From Octopus vulgaris (Eukaryota): 64,000 nucleotides of DNA. The notes under the pieces were generated by a model. The model searched no databases. It was not told where the DNA came from and saw only the letters and a list, made by a program, of their open reading frames with translations. Shown here piece after piece: positions 11,786-24,790 of the stretch. The DNA lies in contig OX597815.1 in assembly GCA_951406725.2 (NCBI GenBank), positions 211,048,001 to 211,112,000 of the forward strand, written 5' to 3'. The first letter of the stretch is position 1, and each line of letters opens with the position of its first letter. Both the position numbers and the translations under genes were made by a program.

Positions 11786-13972
11786 TCTAGTCTGGAAAAC
11801 TATGGAGTAACCCATCAGATTAATGTAGAATTGTTTTCATTATAATTGAACACAAAAACAAAATTAATGTAGTGTGTGTGTGTGTGTGTTTGCATGTGTG
11901 TGTGCATGTGTATGCATGTATGTGTATGTATATGTACATGCTTATGCAATGCATGTGCACGTGTGTGTTATGAAAAGAAAGAGAAAATGTAATAGAAAGA
12001 GCAAAAGGCTTCATGGGAAATGGTCTCTTCTACCACTATCTAAATGAGTGAAACATCTAGATAGCCTAGGAGCTTAACAAATAAAATATACATATTTCCT
12101 TTTATAGGTATATCTACACTTCAGTCTTACTATTCATTTATTTCTTGTAAACATTTATCATGGTCCCAAGAAAAATCTAATTATTGTAAAGCAATCTTGG
12201 GGTAAAAATATTTCAGTTTGCCAAATTAAAATGTCACCTTCAGCAACAAGCAAATATATTATATTACAAAGTAAATGAAAAACCCACATAAATTATTATA
12301 GATTTGGTAAGACAATTTTCTAAAAAAGATATTTCAACCTAACTGTATTCTTCACACGTACAGAGAAAGCAGAATGTGACAAAACTATTTAATTCTTTGA
12401 AAAAAGGAATTTTGTGTAGTCACCTTCACTTATAAGATCCTGGAATGGTGGTACAAAAATGGTGCAGGTTATACATAACTGAAAAGTGCTACATACTAAA
12501 ACACCTTAACAGAACTTTAGATTACCTAAATATCAGATCAGAGAACACTAGCAAGTATCACCACTTCCATAAATACTTGGTGAAGCACTGGAAGATTAGA
12601 AGGCATTATCAATAATACCACCACTTGACTGAGCAGATTAATGTTTAAATATGTACAAGGATCATTCATGCTCTGTTTCTTCTCTGTGTTTTAATCCACT
12701 ATAAAATGTGTGTTATGACTATTTCTACCACCCCCGCATTTTATACCACCAAACACTGCTTCAACAAATCATACAACAATATATCCATTTATACTTATCA
12801 CACAATATAATCATTAACATTTCCATTTTTTCAACTTATTAAATCTTCTGCCTATCATAGGCCTTCACTTTCCTCACAGAAGTTTTCTTAAATACCCCTT
12901 CAAACAAACCGCACATAAGAAATTCTTAATCTTTATAAGGAAATAACTCACCCATTTACAATTTATATGATGGTATAGAGTTATTCCATTTTATATTCCA
13001 GCCACACAAGATCTGAAATTCTGTCTACCATTGAAAACAAGGAATTCATTACAAATTACTATTGCTATTCACACTGAAGAATGGTACTTTAATTGTTTGA
13101 TGATTTGTTTAGAGATGTATTTGGTTACGGAACTTTCTACCATGAAACAGATTCTCTAATACATTATACCATTATTTTATGCATATTTACAAGTGTGTAC
13201 GATATGCATGTGTGTGTGTGTGTTTGTCTGTTTGTCTATATGTCTGAGAGTGTGAATATGAGTGTTTGCTTTTAATATTGGGTATCAATTTTCTCAGAAT
13301 GCACAGTCCGTGACAAGAAGGAAAAAAAAATTTGCTAGTTTGAGAGATCTTTGTTATTACAGTCTTCTTCATATTAATACATTTGCAGCTTGTATTTTAT
13401 GCTTTTGCAGTTGGATTCAAAGGATTACTTGTGGGAATTCCAGTAAACATATATTTTCCATTTTTCCATTTTTCTTTCTTTCTTTCTTTTTTCTTTTTTT
13501 TGCAAAATTATCAGAGAAAGGAACTTGACTCCAATACACACCTGCAGACCACAGTCTTTATCAATACTGCTACAATATTTTATTTTGTCTGTATTTGTTT
13601 GCATTCTTTTGTTGTTGTTGTTTGTTTTTTTTATATTTTTGTATTCTTTTTTTCTGCTTGATGGAATGATTTCATCAGGTGTAAAGCTTTAGATCAACCA
13701 TACAACATAGCTGACTGATCATCTTCTTTGTGTTTTATTACCAAAGTTGTTATCAATCATGTTTTAGAGTTAATGGGACTTGTATGATGCATAATTAGAT
13801 AGATGATAATTAGTCAAATTGCAATATGCCATTCAATATTCTAAAATAATCGGTGAATATGATTTTTTTTATCATCATCATTGTTGTCATCATCATCATC
13901 ATTATCGTCATCCTCTTCCTCCTCCTTATCATCATCATCATCATCATCATCATCGTCATCATCATCATCATC

Positions 13973-14192
13973 AAGACAATGAATTGGCAGAATTGTTAGC
14001 ATGCTGGGCAAAATGTTTAGCAACATTTTGTCCGTCTTTACATTCTGAGTTCAAATTCCACCGAGGTTGACTTTGCCTTCCATTCTTTTGGAGTCAATAA
14101 AGTAAGTACCAATAAAACACTAGGGTTGATATAATTGACTAATCCCTTTCCCCCAAAATTCCCCCCCCCTTGTATCATTAGTAGAAAGAATT
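13973..14192 (+). mobile_element. SINE family C (MetaSINE-like), decayed
   Basis: Head ..TGGCAGAATTGTTAGC, B box GAGTTCAAATTCC, Meta-like block ..GTCAATAAAGTAAGTACC. Confidence 0.7.
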
Positions 14193-14294
14193 ATTATTAT
14201 TATTATTATTCAGTAGTTTTATTTTTATAGTGTGCTTTCACTTCACTACCGAGCGCAGCTCTGTGTGCCTTGGGTATGTGCCGTGATTTGTTGT

Positions 14295-14340
<46 letters not shown>

Positions 14341-14341
14341 C

Positions 14342-14539
14342 GAAGCTGGCAGAACTGTTAGCACACTGGGTGAAATACTTAGTGGTATTTTGCTTGTCGC
14401 TATGTTCTGAGTTCAAATTCCGCTGAGGTCGTCTTTGCCTTTCGTCCTTTCAGGTCAATAAATTAGGTACCAGTGTAACACTGGAGTCAATGTAATTGAC
14501 TATTCCCCACAAAAAATTTCAGGCATTGTATCTTTCAGG

Positions 14540-14540
<1 letters not shown>
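14342..14540 (+). mobile_element. SINE family C, decayed
   Basis: Same head, B box and central block as the other family C copies. Confidence 0.7.
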
Positions 14541-14602
<62 letters not shown>

Positions 14603-15158
14603 GAGTGGGAGAGTAGTGCATGCCATCAAAGTGACACTGGGGATAAATAAAAAAAGCCCAGTATACCCATCATGAGTACCCATCTGATAAGGGTACACAA
14701 GGAACATGCATCACATCCATATGTGCACAACATGGTGATCTCATATCAAGATAAACAGCTCATGACCTTGCAGGTAGGGCCCAGTTAGAATTTTCTTCAA
14801 ATCGAGTAGCCCATCCCACTCAAAAGGTCCCTGAATAAGGGTTGTTTAAGGATGTTAAATGAGACACCCATGTTTCCAGAGGTGAATTATTCAAATCTAA
14901 AGAATCCCTCTCAACACATGGCTATGATGCTCCTCCACTACTTCTACTTGTGATCAGAGATGCACATATTGTCAGCCACTAAGGGATATGTTCAACTGGT
15001 TACGGTCAAACAACTGACAAGCAAATCTGTGGTATTGAGCAGAATATTTGCTGTAGCCCATCTTTTATACCAACACAAAACAATGTACATGATAACACTT
15101 CCAATCAGTTGAGATCAGAATCCATGAGAGCCATTGCCTGGTACTGTATCAGGGCATT
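14603..15158. mobile_element. Non-coding 555-bp element inserted in a (TTA)n tract (Dong/R4-like targeting suspected)
   Basis: Complex sequence cleanly bounded by (TTA)n at 14541-14602 and 15158-15207; family assignment is inference. Confidence 0.45.
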
Positions 15159-15173
15159 TATTATTATTATTAT

Positions 15174-15208
<35 letters not shown>

Positions 15209-15968
15209 GATTCCGTTTGTGGATTTCGAGGAGGAAGGACATTTGTTCATGATCTGTAAGTTTTTGTTCAATTTTTACAGGTAATATTGTCGTATCTGAA
15301 AACTCTTTAGGACATTTCTGTGGCCAGGCCAACTGGGCTCTTGCTGAGCTCAATGGTTAGGCGGGACTTTAGCCTATTTTGGAGCGAATTTTCAATTTAA
15401 ATTCTCTATTTTTTTTCATTTTTCATTTCTAAAATTTGCAAAATATCCTTGGAGAAGAGTGTCGGTTCTTCCTTTCTTTTTGACTTTCGACCTCTGCTGT
15501 CGGAAAACAGCCAAAAGTAGTTTTAAGATTAATTGTCTCCGCCCTCTCCGTGCCTTAAAAGGCACAGAGAGGGACGCCCAAAGTCTTGCTAGCACATGCA
15601 ATGCTGAGCAACAGAAGGAAAAAGAAGAAGAAATTAGAGAGAAAGAAGAGGAAAAGAGCAAGGAAATTCAGTTAATGAACGCTGCTAGCATCGCAACACC
15701 TGTGAATCCAAGCCCTCCCACTACCACCACTAGCATTAACACATTGACCACTCAACAACAACAACAACAACAACCCAATGTATTAAACAGCTGAGGTTTT
15801 GCTTCAATAGTTAAGCCTGTAAATGAATTCATTAATGATTCTGTAGAATCTCTCAAAGACTAGAGAAATATGTTAAAATGAAAAAGCAAAAGATGTGTTT
15901 CTATAAACACACCTCCAGATATTATAGACAATACAAATGAACGTAGCATAGGGTACAAAACTATATCT

Positions 15969-16196
15969 TTAACCCTTTCATTACTGTATTTATTTTGAGA
16001 TGCTCTGTGTTTCTTTCAATTACTTTAAATATAACAAAGAATTTAGTAAAATAACTTAGTTATCATTCAGCTAGTGTTAGGAACATAAATTGTGACAAAG
16101 GTTTAGTGGAAGATTTTAATTCAGAACTTATGGAAACAAGACATTTGTACTCAGAGCCAGAGGTGGTTTAAGCCAGGTTGGTATCAAAAGGGTTAA
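15969..16196. mobile_element. piggyBac-type MITE, copy 1
   Basis: TTAA-CCCTTT ... AAAGGG-TTAA. Confidence 0.85.
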
Positions 16197-16219
16197 GAAT
16201 TGTTTCTCTATTATATATT

Positions 16220-16448
16220 TTAACCCTTTTGTTACCATATTTCTGCTGAGATGCTCTGTGTTTCTTTCAATTACTTTAAATATAACAAAGAATTTAGTAA
16301 AATAACTTAGTTATCATTCAGCTAGTGTTAGGAACATAAATTGTGACTAAGGTTTGGTGGAAAATTTTAATTAAAACCTTATGAAAACAAGACATTTGTA
16401 CAACAGAGCCAGAGCCTTTTTCAGCCAGGTTGGTAACGAAAGGGTTAA
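16220..16448. mobile_element. piggyBac-type MITE, copy 2
   Basis: TTAA-CCCTTTTGTTACCA ... TGGTAACGAAAGGG-TTAA; highly similar to copy 1. Confidence 0.85.
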
Positions 16449-17418
16449 AAAATAGACGTTTAGAAACTACCACAAAGCAAGCAGTTGGAAAATGCTTGCA
16501 ACCCATTTGGAAAGACGAAACATATTTGTCGAGAGGTAAGAAATATGGCACAATTGAAGTCAGATTTGCTAGGGAAGATGTAGCAAAACAGCACTCAAAA
16601 GCCCAGCTGAGAAAGTGTGAATTTGTCCTAGTTCCAACAGTGCATCGCCAAGATAAAAATACTGGAGTTACCACCAGAAATTAACACTTGCTGGATTGTC
16701 GCAGCTGTCCTCCTCGACTTGGAAGATAAAATCAGAATCATCCAAGATGAGAAACTAGAAAACACAACTGGACTGCTCAGGAATTGCAAATAATGGTCCG
16801 AATAAACCAAGACGTTTTGGAACAAATTCCTGACCAACTCAGCCTTCCAGATATCACTATGCTGAACGTCACAGTTGAGGGCGGAAGGCCAAGATGTTAC
16901 CAATGCAGACAGAATAACCACCTGAAAGCCTTCTTCCCACAACAAAAACAGGAGGACACTGCCTCCTTGATACAAGCATCACCCACACCACAACAACTGA
17001 AGCAACCCCAACTACAAAGGCAACCCCAGCAAGAGAAGAAACCCCACAAAAAGAAAGCAGAGAGGGCTCCAGCAAACACCAACAACAACAACAACAGTTA
17101 CATGAGAGACAACAACGCCAAAAACTGAGGCGCTGAACACAACTACCGTCACAGCATCTACAAAATCACCATCAATGCAGCTCATGCCAGAAGAACAAAA
17201 AACATCAGCAAATTTCAACCCAGTGGAACTACCCCTTCCTGACTTTGACCACTCAGGCATGTCGTGCAGAGAGGATGACAGACCTTAGTGGACAGAAGAC
17301 TAAGAAAAAGGCACAATGGTACACCAACAAATAAATAAACTGTAACCCTCCCCCCACCCCCAAAAAAGCATTCAAAATCACCCGAAAACAACAACAATAC
17401 ACCAACAGCACCACTACC

Positions 17419-17650
17419 TATTTCTTTACTACCCACAAGGGGCTAAACACAGAGGGGACAAACAAGGACAGACATAGGTATTAAGTCGATTACATCGACC
17501 CCAGTGCGTAACTGGTACTTAATTTATCGACCCCGAAAGGATGAAAGGCAAAGTCGACCTTGGCAAAAATTGAACTCAGAACGTAGCGGCAGACGAAATA
17601 CCGCTCAGCATTTCGTCCGGCGCGCTAACGTTTCTGCCAGCTCATCGCCC
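17419..17650 (-). mobile_element. SINE family C, full length
   Basis: Reverse complement of the 43632-43866 copy; nested in the Tx1-like LINE. Confidence 0.85.
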
Positions 17651-18215
17651 AACAGTACCACTACCACCACCCCAGACACAACCAGCAGTACAAGGCACAA
17701 CAGGGTCAACAAAAGAAGTAAAGAAAAATAACAAAAACACCACAAAACTTACCGCCTTAAGCACAGACAACACAAACTTACTGCTATACATAAAGGAAAA
17801 TACAGACATTAAAATGACTGACTATGTTCCCCCCATGGATAATACACCACCACTACACATACAGATACTTCGAACATCGCAACATACATAAAGTAACATA
17901 AAATCCAAATTTCCACAGACGCTTGGAGGCTTCAACACGAAAGTGTCCTGGAGCCTCTATAAATCTTTGGTCATGAAGACCATCACAACCTACTTAAGGA
18001 GTGGGACATCTGCCCTAATCCCATCCCAGAGTGCTAACAGTAAGCAGTCCTCTCCTTTTGCTCCTTACCAACCACTCAAATGGTCACACTCAAAATAGGT
18101 TGCATAGATGTACGTGGCTTGGTGTCCCCTTGGAAACAAAGCCACCTATTCAATGACCTCGGGTCACGAGGAATAGATGTAACAGTCATTACTGAATCCA
18201 GACTAACCGAACCAT

Positions 18216-18547
18216 GAAATGCATGGCATCAAGTCCCTCAGGCTCCAACTTGAACCCTATCGAGCATGTCTGGGAGTAGCTTGACAGACAAATTCAAGCT
18301 AATTCTGCCAAAGTTACATCTGTGACAGCCCTCTCTTGGAAATATAGAATAACATGGATCAAACTATTGCCACTAACTTAACTGAAACGATGAAAAGCTG
18401 GGTAAAAGCTGTGAAATTTTCAAAAGGAAGCTCTACCAAATAATGGTGCAAATTCTCAGACAATTCCATTGGGTATTTGAGTCTTTAAACTTTGAATATG
18501 ATTACTGTTTTATTCCCTTGACTAAAAACTTATCACCGACCACTGTA
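18216..18547 (+). mobile_element. Tc1-type transposon 3' remnant
   Basis: NLNPIEHVWE*LDRQI (SPDLNPIE motif) and NLTETMKSWVKAVKFSKGSSTK*; ends CACTG-TA. Confidence 0.75.
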
Positions 18548-18884
18548 TATGGTTATAAATCAGCTGATTGAGATGGGGTTCAGGTTTACAATTATATAAT
18601 GTACATATAAGATACATAAGGAGGTCATTGAGTGCACTTTAGATATCTGCATTTGTTGATAGTTACCAGAATAAACAAATTTGTTTCTAGTAACAATAAG
18701 GAATTGATATTTAAAATTGTAAGTTCAGTGAAAAGTATGAATGTGGTATAATCTGAGTATAAGTATAACATGAGAGTACACAGAAAGATCTTAAAATTTG
18801 TACATTAACAGAGAATATATAGGTGATTGCTAAAATATAGCATGTGGTTGCCAGGAAATAATATTTAGTTAAATCATTGTATTG

Positions 18885-19080
18885 GTTTGCGGATTTGGTT
18901 TGCAAGATTCTTTATATGAGTTCGTGTGTTGAAACATATTCTTATGTGTCTGGGGAGGGTCATTTTCTTTTTGTGCCTTATTATTTAACACACACAAAAG
19001 GTAAAATTTCCATTTTTTTTTCTTATTTTTATTTTCCTAAAATTTTCGTTGCTTCTTGCAACCTTTTCAATAGTCTTGAC
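18885..19080. repeat. Dispersed repeat, second copy at 60785-60966 (Penelope-like terminal repeat suspected)
   Basis: Direct similarity ggatttggtttgcaagattc...gcaaccttttcaatagtcttg. Confidence 0.6.
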
Positions 19081-19857
19081 TCTCATTGTATTGGAATTAT
19101 GAGAAAGAGATAGAGTGAAATAAAGTATTATGGAATATGTGTTCAAGTTAGTGATGTATTTAGAATAGGGGAAGCAAATAAGGATTTCAGTGAAGTATAT
19201 AGAATGATAATCATAGCAAAAGGTGAGGAAAGTGGTGTGTTATAGATTTAATGAAATTTAAGTAAACACATGAAGTGCTCGTAATATATACAGGTGAGAA
19301 TTGTGGAGAGAGATTCAAAATGCTATGATTAGATTTGTGATAAAATCAGAATGTTTTGAAGAACCTGTGGACACATGTAGTAGATATTATATTTTGTTTG
19401 TTCAGTAACTGTGATGGATTATGTAACAGGATTTTATAGACTCTTTTAAGCAGAACCAACACGTGGTGTTTGCACCCAGATATGATATTTCAGTATTGGT
19501 GATACATCTAGTAATATTATATTCTATACACTGAAGCTTCATTGGCAGCAGGGCCCACCTTGGCAGCACTAACTAGCCTCATATTACAATTGGTAATGAA
19601 GGTAATAACTCTAATGCATTCAAATTTTAGCACAAGGCCAACAATTTCAGGTAAGGGGCTAAGTCAGTCATATCAACCCCAGTGCTCAACTGGTATTACT
19701 TTATCAACCTCAAAAGGATGAAAAGTAAAGTTGACCTCTGCAGAATTTGAACTCAGGATATACAGAAAGTGGCGCTTCTGCCTGGCACAAAACCAAACTG
19801 TATCTCATCTAGACTAACTCTCTCCCTAATTAATTGTTTGTTTGCTATGATGATAAT

Positions 19858-20058
19858 TAAGGTAGTGAACTGGGCAAAATGCTTAGCAGCATTTCATCTG
19901 CCTTTACATTCTGAGTTCAAATTCCGCCAAGGTAGACTTTGCATTACATTCTTTCCTGGTCAGTAAAATAAGTACCAGTAACTGGAATTGATGTAATCGA
20001 CTTTCCCCCACACCCTGCCACGAACTTGCTGGTCTTGTGCCAAAAACTGAAATCAATA
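19858..20058 (+). mobile_element. SINE family C, decayed (a decayed minus copy also lies at 19625-19760)
   Basis: GAGTTCAAATTCCGCC and AAAATAAGTACCAG blocks. Confidence 0.65.
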
Positions 20059-21553
20059 TATATAACAGTTCTACATAATGAAATTTCTTAATCTTTATCA
20101 CTGAATATTATCATAGCAAACAAACAATTCTATTGATTTAATTTTCTACTTATATTTAACTTAATATATATTTATTATACTCATATTTATTTTTTATCCC
20201 CTTGTGTGTACTTTGGTTAATTTTGTATGCCAGTTCAGTAAATAAATATTATTATTATAATCATTAGTACACTTTTATTGTTTGGATAACATTTTCCAAT
20301 GAATTCATAAATGCTCAGATATAATCATTATAAGTTCTTTTACACTTTCTTTCTCTAATTGAATTATTGTTTGGAAAGATAAATTGAAAAAAATTTAAAT
20401 ACTGAATCAATAATAAAACTCATATCTGAATATTGTTTATGTTATCATTCTTTTATATCATTCTTTGTTATATTTTTCTTTTTACTGTAAGTGATATAGA
20501 GATTTAATTACAGTTTTTTTTGGGGGGTTTTTTTGTAATATATTAGTAACTTTTTGAATTCTTAAAATATTAAAATTTCTGGACTTTCACAAAACACAAC
20601 CAAAAATTAATGCCATAAATTATAAGTTCTGCCAGATTAATTTGATTGGTTACATTTCAACACTTTGCAGATGTTTTCATCAGGTGATTTATTATGTGAT
20701 CACACAGTGAGATGACAAAGTCTTTTGTAACAGACAGGGGAATGTATTTAAATTATGTATATTTTTTTCTCTAAATCAAGGAAGTCAGAAACAAAATGTA
20801 AAACAAGCAAAAACTAAAACAAAAGTATATATAACTATGCATTTTATTTTATTTCTTCATCCTTTTTGTCATTAGCTTTTATAAAGTTTGTCATTTAAGA
20901 TAGATATATAGGAATTCCAAATATGAAAGTCATAAAATTAATGTCCAGTTATTTATGTATCTTTATTAAAATAAATTTGTTAGCTAACTTTACATATTTT
21001 TATTATCCATTATTTTACTGGTATGGAGTGATGGATTGATAAAAATCAGATGAGTGAAGAATTGGACAAAAATGTATTGTGCTGTTTGTTGTGGCCCTTT
21101 TGCTTTTGAGCACAAATTCCAGTTAGTCAATTTTGGCTTTCGTTCTTCTGTAAAGGTTGATTTAATTGGTTGTTCTCTCCTTGCAAGAATTTCTTGCCTT
21201 ATATCATCATCATCATCATCATCACTACTACCACCACCACCAACAACAACATCATCGTCGTTGTTGTTGTTGTCACCATCATCATCATCATCATCATCAT
21301 CATTATCATTATTTGACATTCATTTTCCCCTTCTTGCATGAGTGAGACAGAATTTGTTGAGGCAGATTTTTCTATTGTCGGACACCCTTCCTGTCGCCAA
21401 AACTCACCTGTTTTCTGACCAAGGTAATATTTTCTCGTAGCTAAATATGTTTCTCACAGAAGACTGGAAGCAAACAACTTCAATTGTATGATGGTTATGA
21501 TCATTTAAACAAGTCACATGATATTTAGGCACACACACATATATATATATATC

Positions 21554-22106
21554 GACGGAGTAGTTTCTCCATGGCGCAAGCCTGGGCGGTAGAAACGAAG
21601 ACACTGGGCTGTCCAGACACCAGAATCTCCCTCTCGGCCCTCCAGACATAATCCAAAGGAATGCAGTGCAGTACGTTTGGAATCTGGTTGGCTGCAAGAG
21701 TTGCCGGAAAGGGGTCGAGGTTCGACACCCTACTGCTTTTGGGGCTCCACTCCGGATTTTCTGTCTGGGTTTATTCCCATAGCCTTTCCCTCTCCCAAGA
21801 GCATCTGCAAGGCAGCGGAGCGAGGGTTTGGAGTCAGAGTTTTCCTTCTCCTAGACTGGCTGCCAACCAAGGCTAACGAGCCCAGTCTGCCCACCTGGTT
21901 ATACCGCCAAGCACCCGTTCGCGCCACACAGCAGGCTCAGTGAGAACAGGGGGTACTGCGTGAAGGTGCTGCTGTGGACACAGTAGTGCAGGAGAGGCCA
22001 TTAGCAAGAACTTTCCACAAGACGCAGCCAAGTAGAAGTTCTGCAGCGATCATTACACCTGGAGAGGAGAGGCTATGAGTGACGCAATCACTTTCCTTTG
22101 CCCCCC
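21554..22106 (-). mobile_element. RTE-clade 5'UTR-only element in a (TA)n tract
   Basis: GC-rich block with GGTTGGCAGCCAGTCTAGGAGAAGGAAAACTCTGA and GAAAATCCGGAGTGGAGCCCC, motifs I recognise from RTE 5'UTRs; no ORF2 follows. Confidence 0.65.
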
Positions 22107-22137
<31 letters not shown>

Positions 22138-22149
22138 TATATACACTAG

Positions 22150-22382
22150 AGGGCAGCGACCTGGCAGAATCGTTAACACATCAAGCGAAATGCTTAGCGG
22201 TATTTCGGCTGCCGTTATGTTCTGAGTTCAAATTCTGCCAAGGCTGACTTTGCCTTTCATCCTTTCAGGGTCGATAAATTAAGTACCAGTTACGCACTGG
22301 GGTCAATGTAACTGACTTAAGCCCTTTGTCTGTCCTTGTTTGTCCCCTCTGTGCTTAGCCCGCTGTGGGCAATAAAGAAATA
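22150..22382 (+). mobile_element. SINE family C, full length
   Basis: Head, B box, Meta-like block and tail ..GGGCAATAAAGAAATA. Confidence 0.85.
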
Positions 22383-23028
22383 TATGTACATATACACACA
22401 CACACACACACACACAATAATAACCAAGCTTAAATCCATTATAAGGGTTAAGTTGCCCAAGGAGATGTACGGTGAAAAGGTAAAAGCTATTTTAATTGAT
22501 AAAGTAAGATATAACGAGTTGAAGGAAAAGTGTAAAATTGAGCAGCCGGGATTTGTGGTGGAGTTGGATGAACAGCTGCCGGTAGCAGAATTAAGTGAAT
22601 TAGAGCCATATACAAGATATTAAAAAAAAGATTAAAATGTTTTTTTTAAATAAAAGATAAAAAAAGAGTAAACAAAATGATGTTAATAGTGAAAAACAGG
22701 GAAAAAAGAAACAGATTACAGACTGAAAGTAAGACCATTCAAATAGTACTGCATGTGAGTGGGGTGCATGCAGCCATTTCATCACCATTTGATTTCATTA
22801 TACATTTTTTTTTTTTTTTTTCATTCGTTTTATGTTTTTTGTCTCCACTGTGCTGTTCTGTCTGTCCTTGTTTTGTCCCCTCTATGTTAATGGCCTGGGT
22901 GCCAAATAAAGAATAGCAGTCAGTGAGGTACGCTGTTCAGGCCAGTCACACAGACAACAAAATACGTCGCCACAATGCAGGACATATCATATTTATTATT
23001 ACACTTTATGTTTCATAAATTTCATAAA

Positions 23029-23060
<32 letters not shown>

Positions 23061-23062
<2 letters not shown>

Positions 23063-23621
23063 TCATCATCCTCATTATCATCATTTAACGTCTGCTTTCC
23101 ATGCTAGCATAGATTGGACAGTTTGACTGAGGGCTGATGAACAAGTTGGCTGCACTAGGCTCCAATCTTGATCTGGCAGAGTTTCTACAGCTGGATGCCC
23201 TTCCTAATGCCAACCACTCCGAGAGTGTATTGGGTGCTTTTACGTGCCACCATCATGGGGCCAATCAGGCAGTACTGGCAACGACCTCGCTCGAATCTTT
23301 TTACTCATGCCACTGGCACAGATGCCAGTAAAGCGATGCTGGTAATGATCATGCTCGAATGGTACCTTTTACATACCACCGGCACAGAAGCCAGTTAGCC
23401 GCTCTGGCAACGATCATGCTCAGATGGTGCTCTTAGCACCCTACTAGCACAAGGCACAAGTGCCAGTAAGGCGACGCTGGTAATGATCACACTCGAATGG
23501 TGCCTTTTATGTGTCACTGGCACAGAAGCCAGTTAGTTGCTCTGTCAATGATCACACTCGTATGGTGCTCTTTGCACCCCACTAGTATGGGTGCCAGTCA
23601 TTGAATTTCACTTTGATTTTG

Positions 23622-23625
<4 letters not shown>
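23061..23625 (-). mobile_element. SINE-like family E with internal 60-bp tandem units and (ATG)n tail
   Basis: CTACAGCTGGATGCCCTTCCTAA block, repeated GGTGCYYTT units, (CAT)n end. Confidence 0.75.
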
Positions 23626-23675
<50 letters not shown>

Positions 23676-23677
<2 letters not shown>

Positions 23678-23843
23678 TACGACAGGCTTCTTTCAGTTTC
23701 CGTCTACCAAATCCACTCACAAGGCTTTGGTCAGCCCGGGGCTATAGCAGAAGACACTTGCCCAAGATGCCACGCAGTGGGACTGAACCCAGAACCATGT
23801 GGTTGGTTAGCAAGCTACATACCACACAGCCACTCCTGCGCCT
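23676..23843 (-). mobile_element. SINE family B, 5' half
   Basis: Matches 3810-3978. Confidence 0.8.
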
Positions 23844-23854
23844 ATATATATATA

Positions 23855-23922
<68 letters not shown>

Positions 23923-24304
23923 ATGTATGCATGTATGTATATAAGTGATATTTTTATATTTTCTTATACCTTTTCATAATTCTTTCATAGTGCTTGTAAT
24001 TTATGAATAATTTTTTTTACAAGATCTTTTATAAAAGTTTATCCAATATGGAAGTACTTATTCTATTTTATTTTAGCTTTTAATCATATATTATTCAATA
24101 AATAGTCACACGACCATATCGGTTTAGCTATTACTTCCGTATGTGCTCTTTTATGCATTTAGTATAACTCTAATCTAATTACCCCTTACATGCGATTTCT
24201 TATTTTCAATATCTTATACTTATCCACCTGTAATGAGGATAATAATCCTTGTTTTGATTTAATATATGCTATGTACTCCTACTTAGACGATAGTTTATTT
24301 CATT

Positions 24305-24790
24305 CATAAATTTATTGTGAAATGATTTTATCCTGACTATCTTAACAATATGCTTAGAAAAGGCTATATGAACTTTCTCTTATAATAATAATAATAATGA
24401 AATAATTGTATACAGTGCTCATGTGCACCACAACTTGTCAAAAGTACGTATAAAGCATATGCAGTAATGTACAAATGTCTGGAAAGTGAACAGTTGCATG
24501 AGTCAGATACATGCTTGCTTGCGTGTGTATGGAGGAGAGAGAATCAGGTGTAGTGTATATATTAAAGTACCCCGTTATTAGGTTTTAGTTTAATTTCTAT
24601 CCTTTTCCTATATATTAATCTAAAATTCTTTTCTATAAATTCATTATGAAATGGGTTTTATCCTGACCACCTAACAATATGCTTGGGAAAGGCCTTATGA
24701 ACTTTCTCTTATATATTAAAGTACCCCATTATTAGGTTTTAGCTTAATTTCTATCCTTTTCCTATATATTGATCTAAAATGCTTTTCTAG
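24305..24790. repeat. About 155-bp tandem duplication; first unit interrupted by a 170-bp retro-insertion with a (TAA)n end
   Basis: 24305-24385 plus 24556-24634 matches 24635-24790; insertion at 24385-24555. Confidence 0.7.

Larger units (their letters stand above)
15210..18215 (+). mobile_element. Decayed Tx1/L1-type LINE (ORF1 plus start of ORF2), with nested insertions
   Basis: KYGTIEVRF.., LNVTVEGGRPRCYQCRQNNHLKAF (decayed CCHC knuckle, 16860-16940); ORF2 start MVTLKIGCIDVRGLVSPWKQSHLFNDL..IDVTVITESRL at about 18080-18205. Confidence 0.75.

Noticed and set aside
12952-13012. Minus-strand exon-like segment (tttcag ... gtgagt)
   Set aside because: Stops in all three frames; cannot be supported without transcripts.
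15281-15355. 75-bp exon-like segment with AG/GT boundaries
   Set aside because: Lies in the presumed 5'UTR of the Tx1-like element; no homology recognised.
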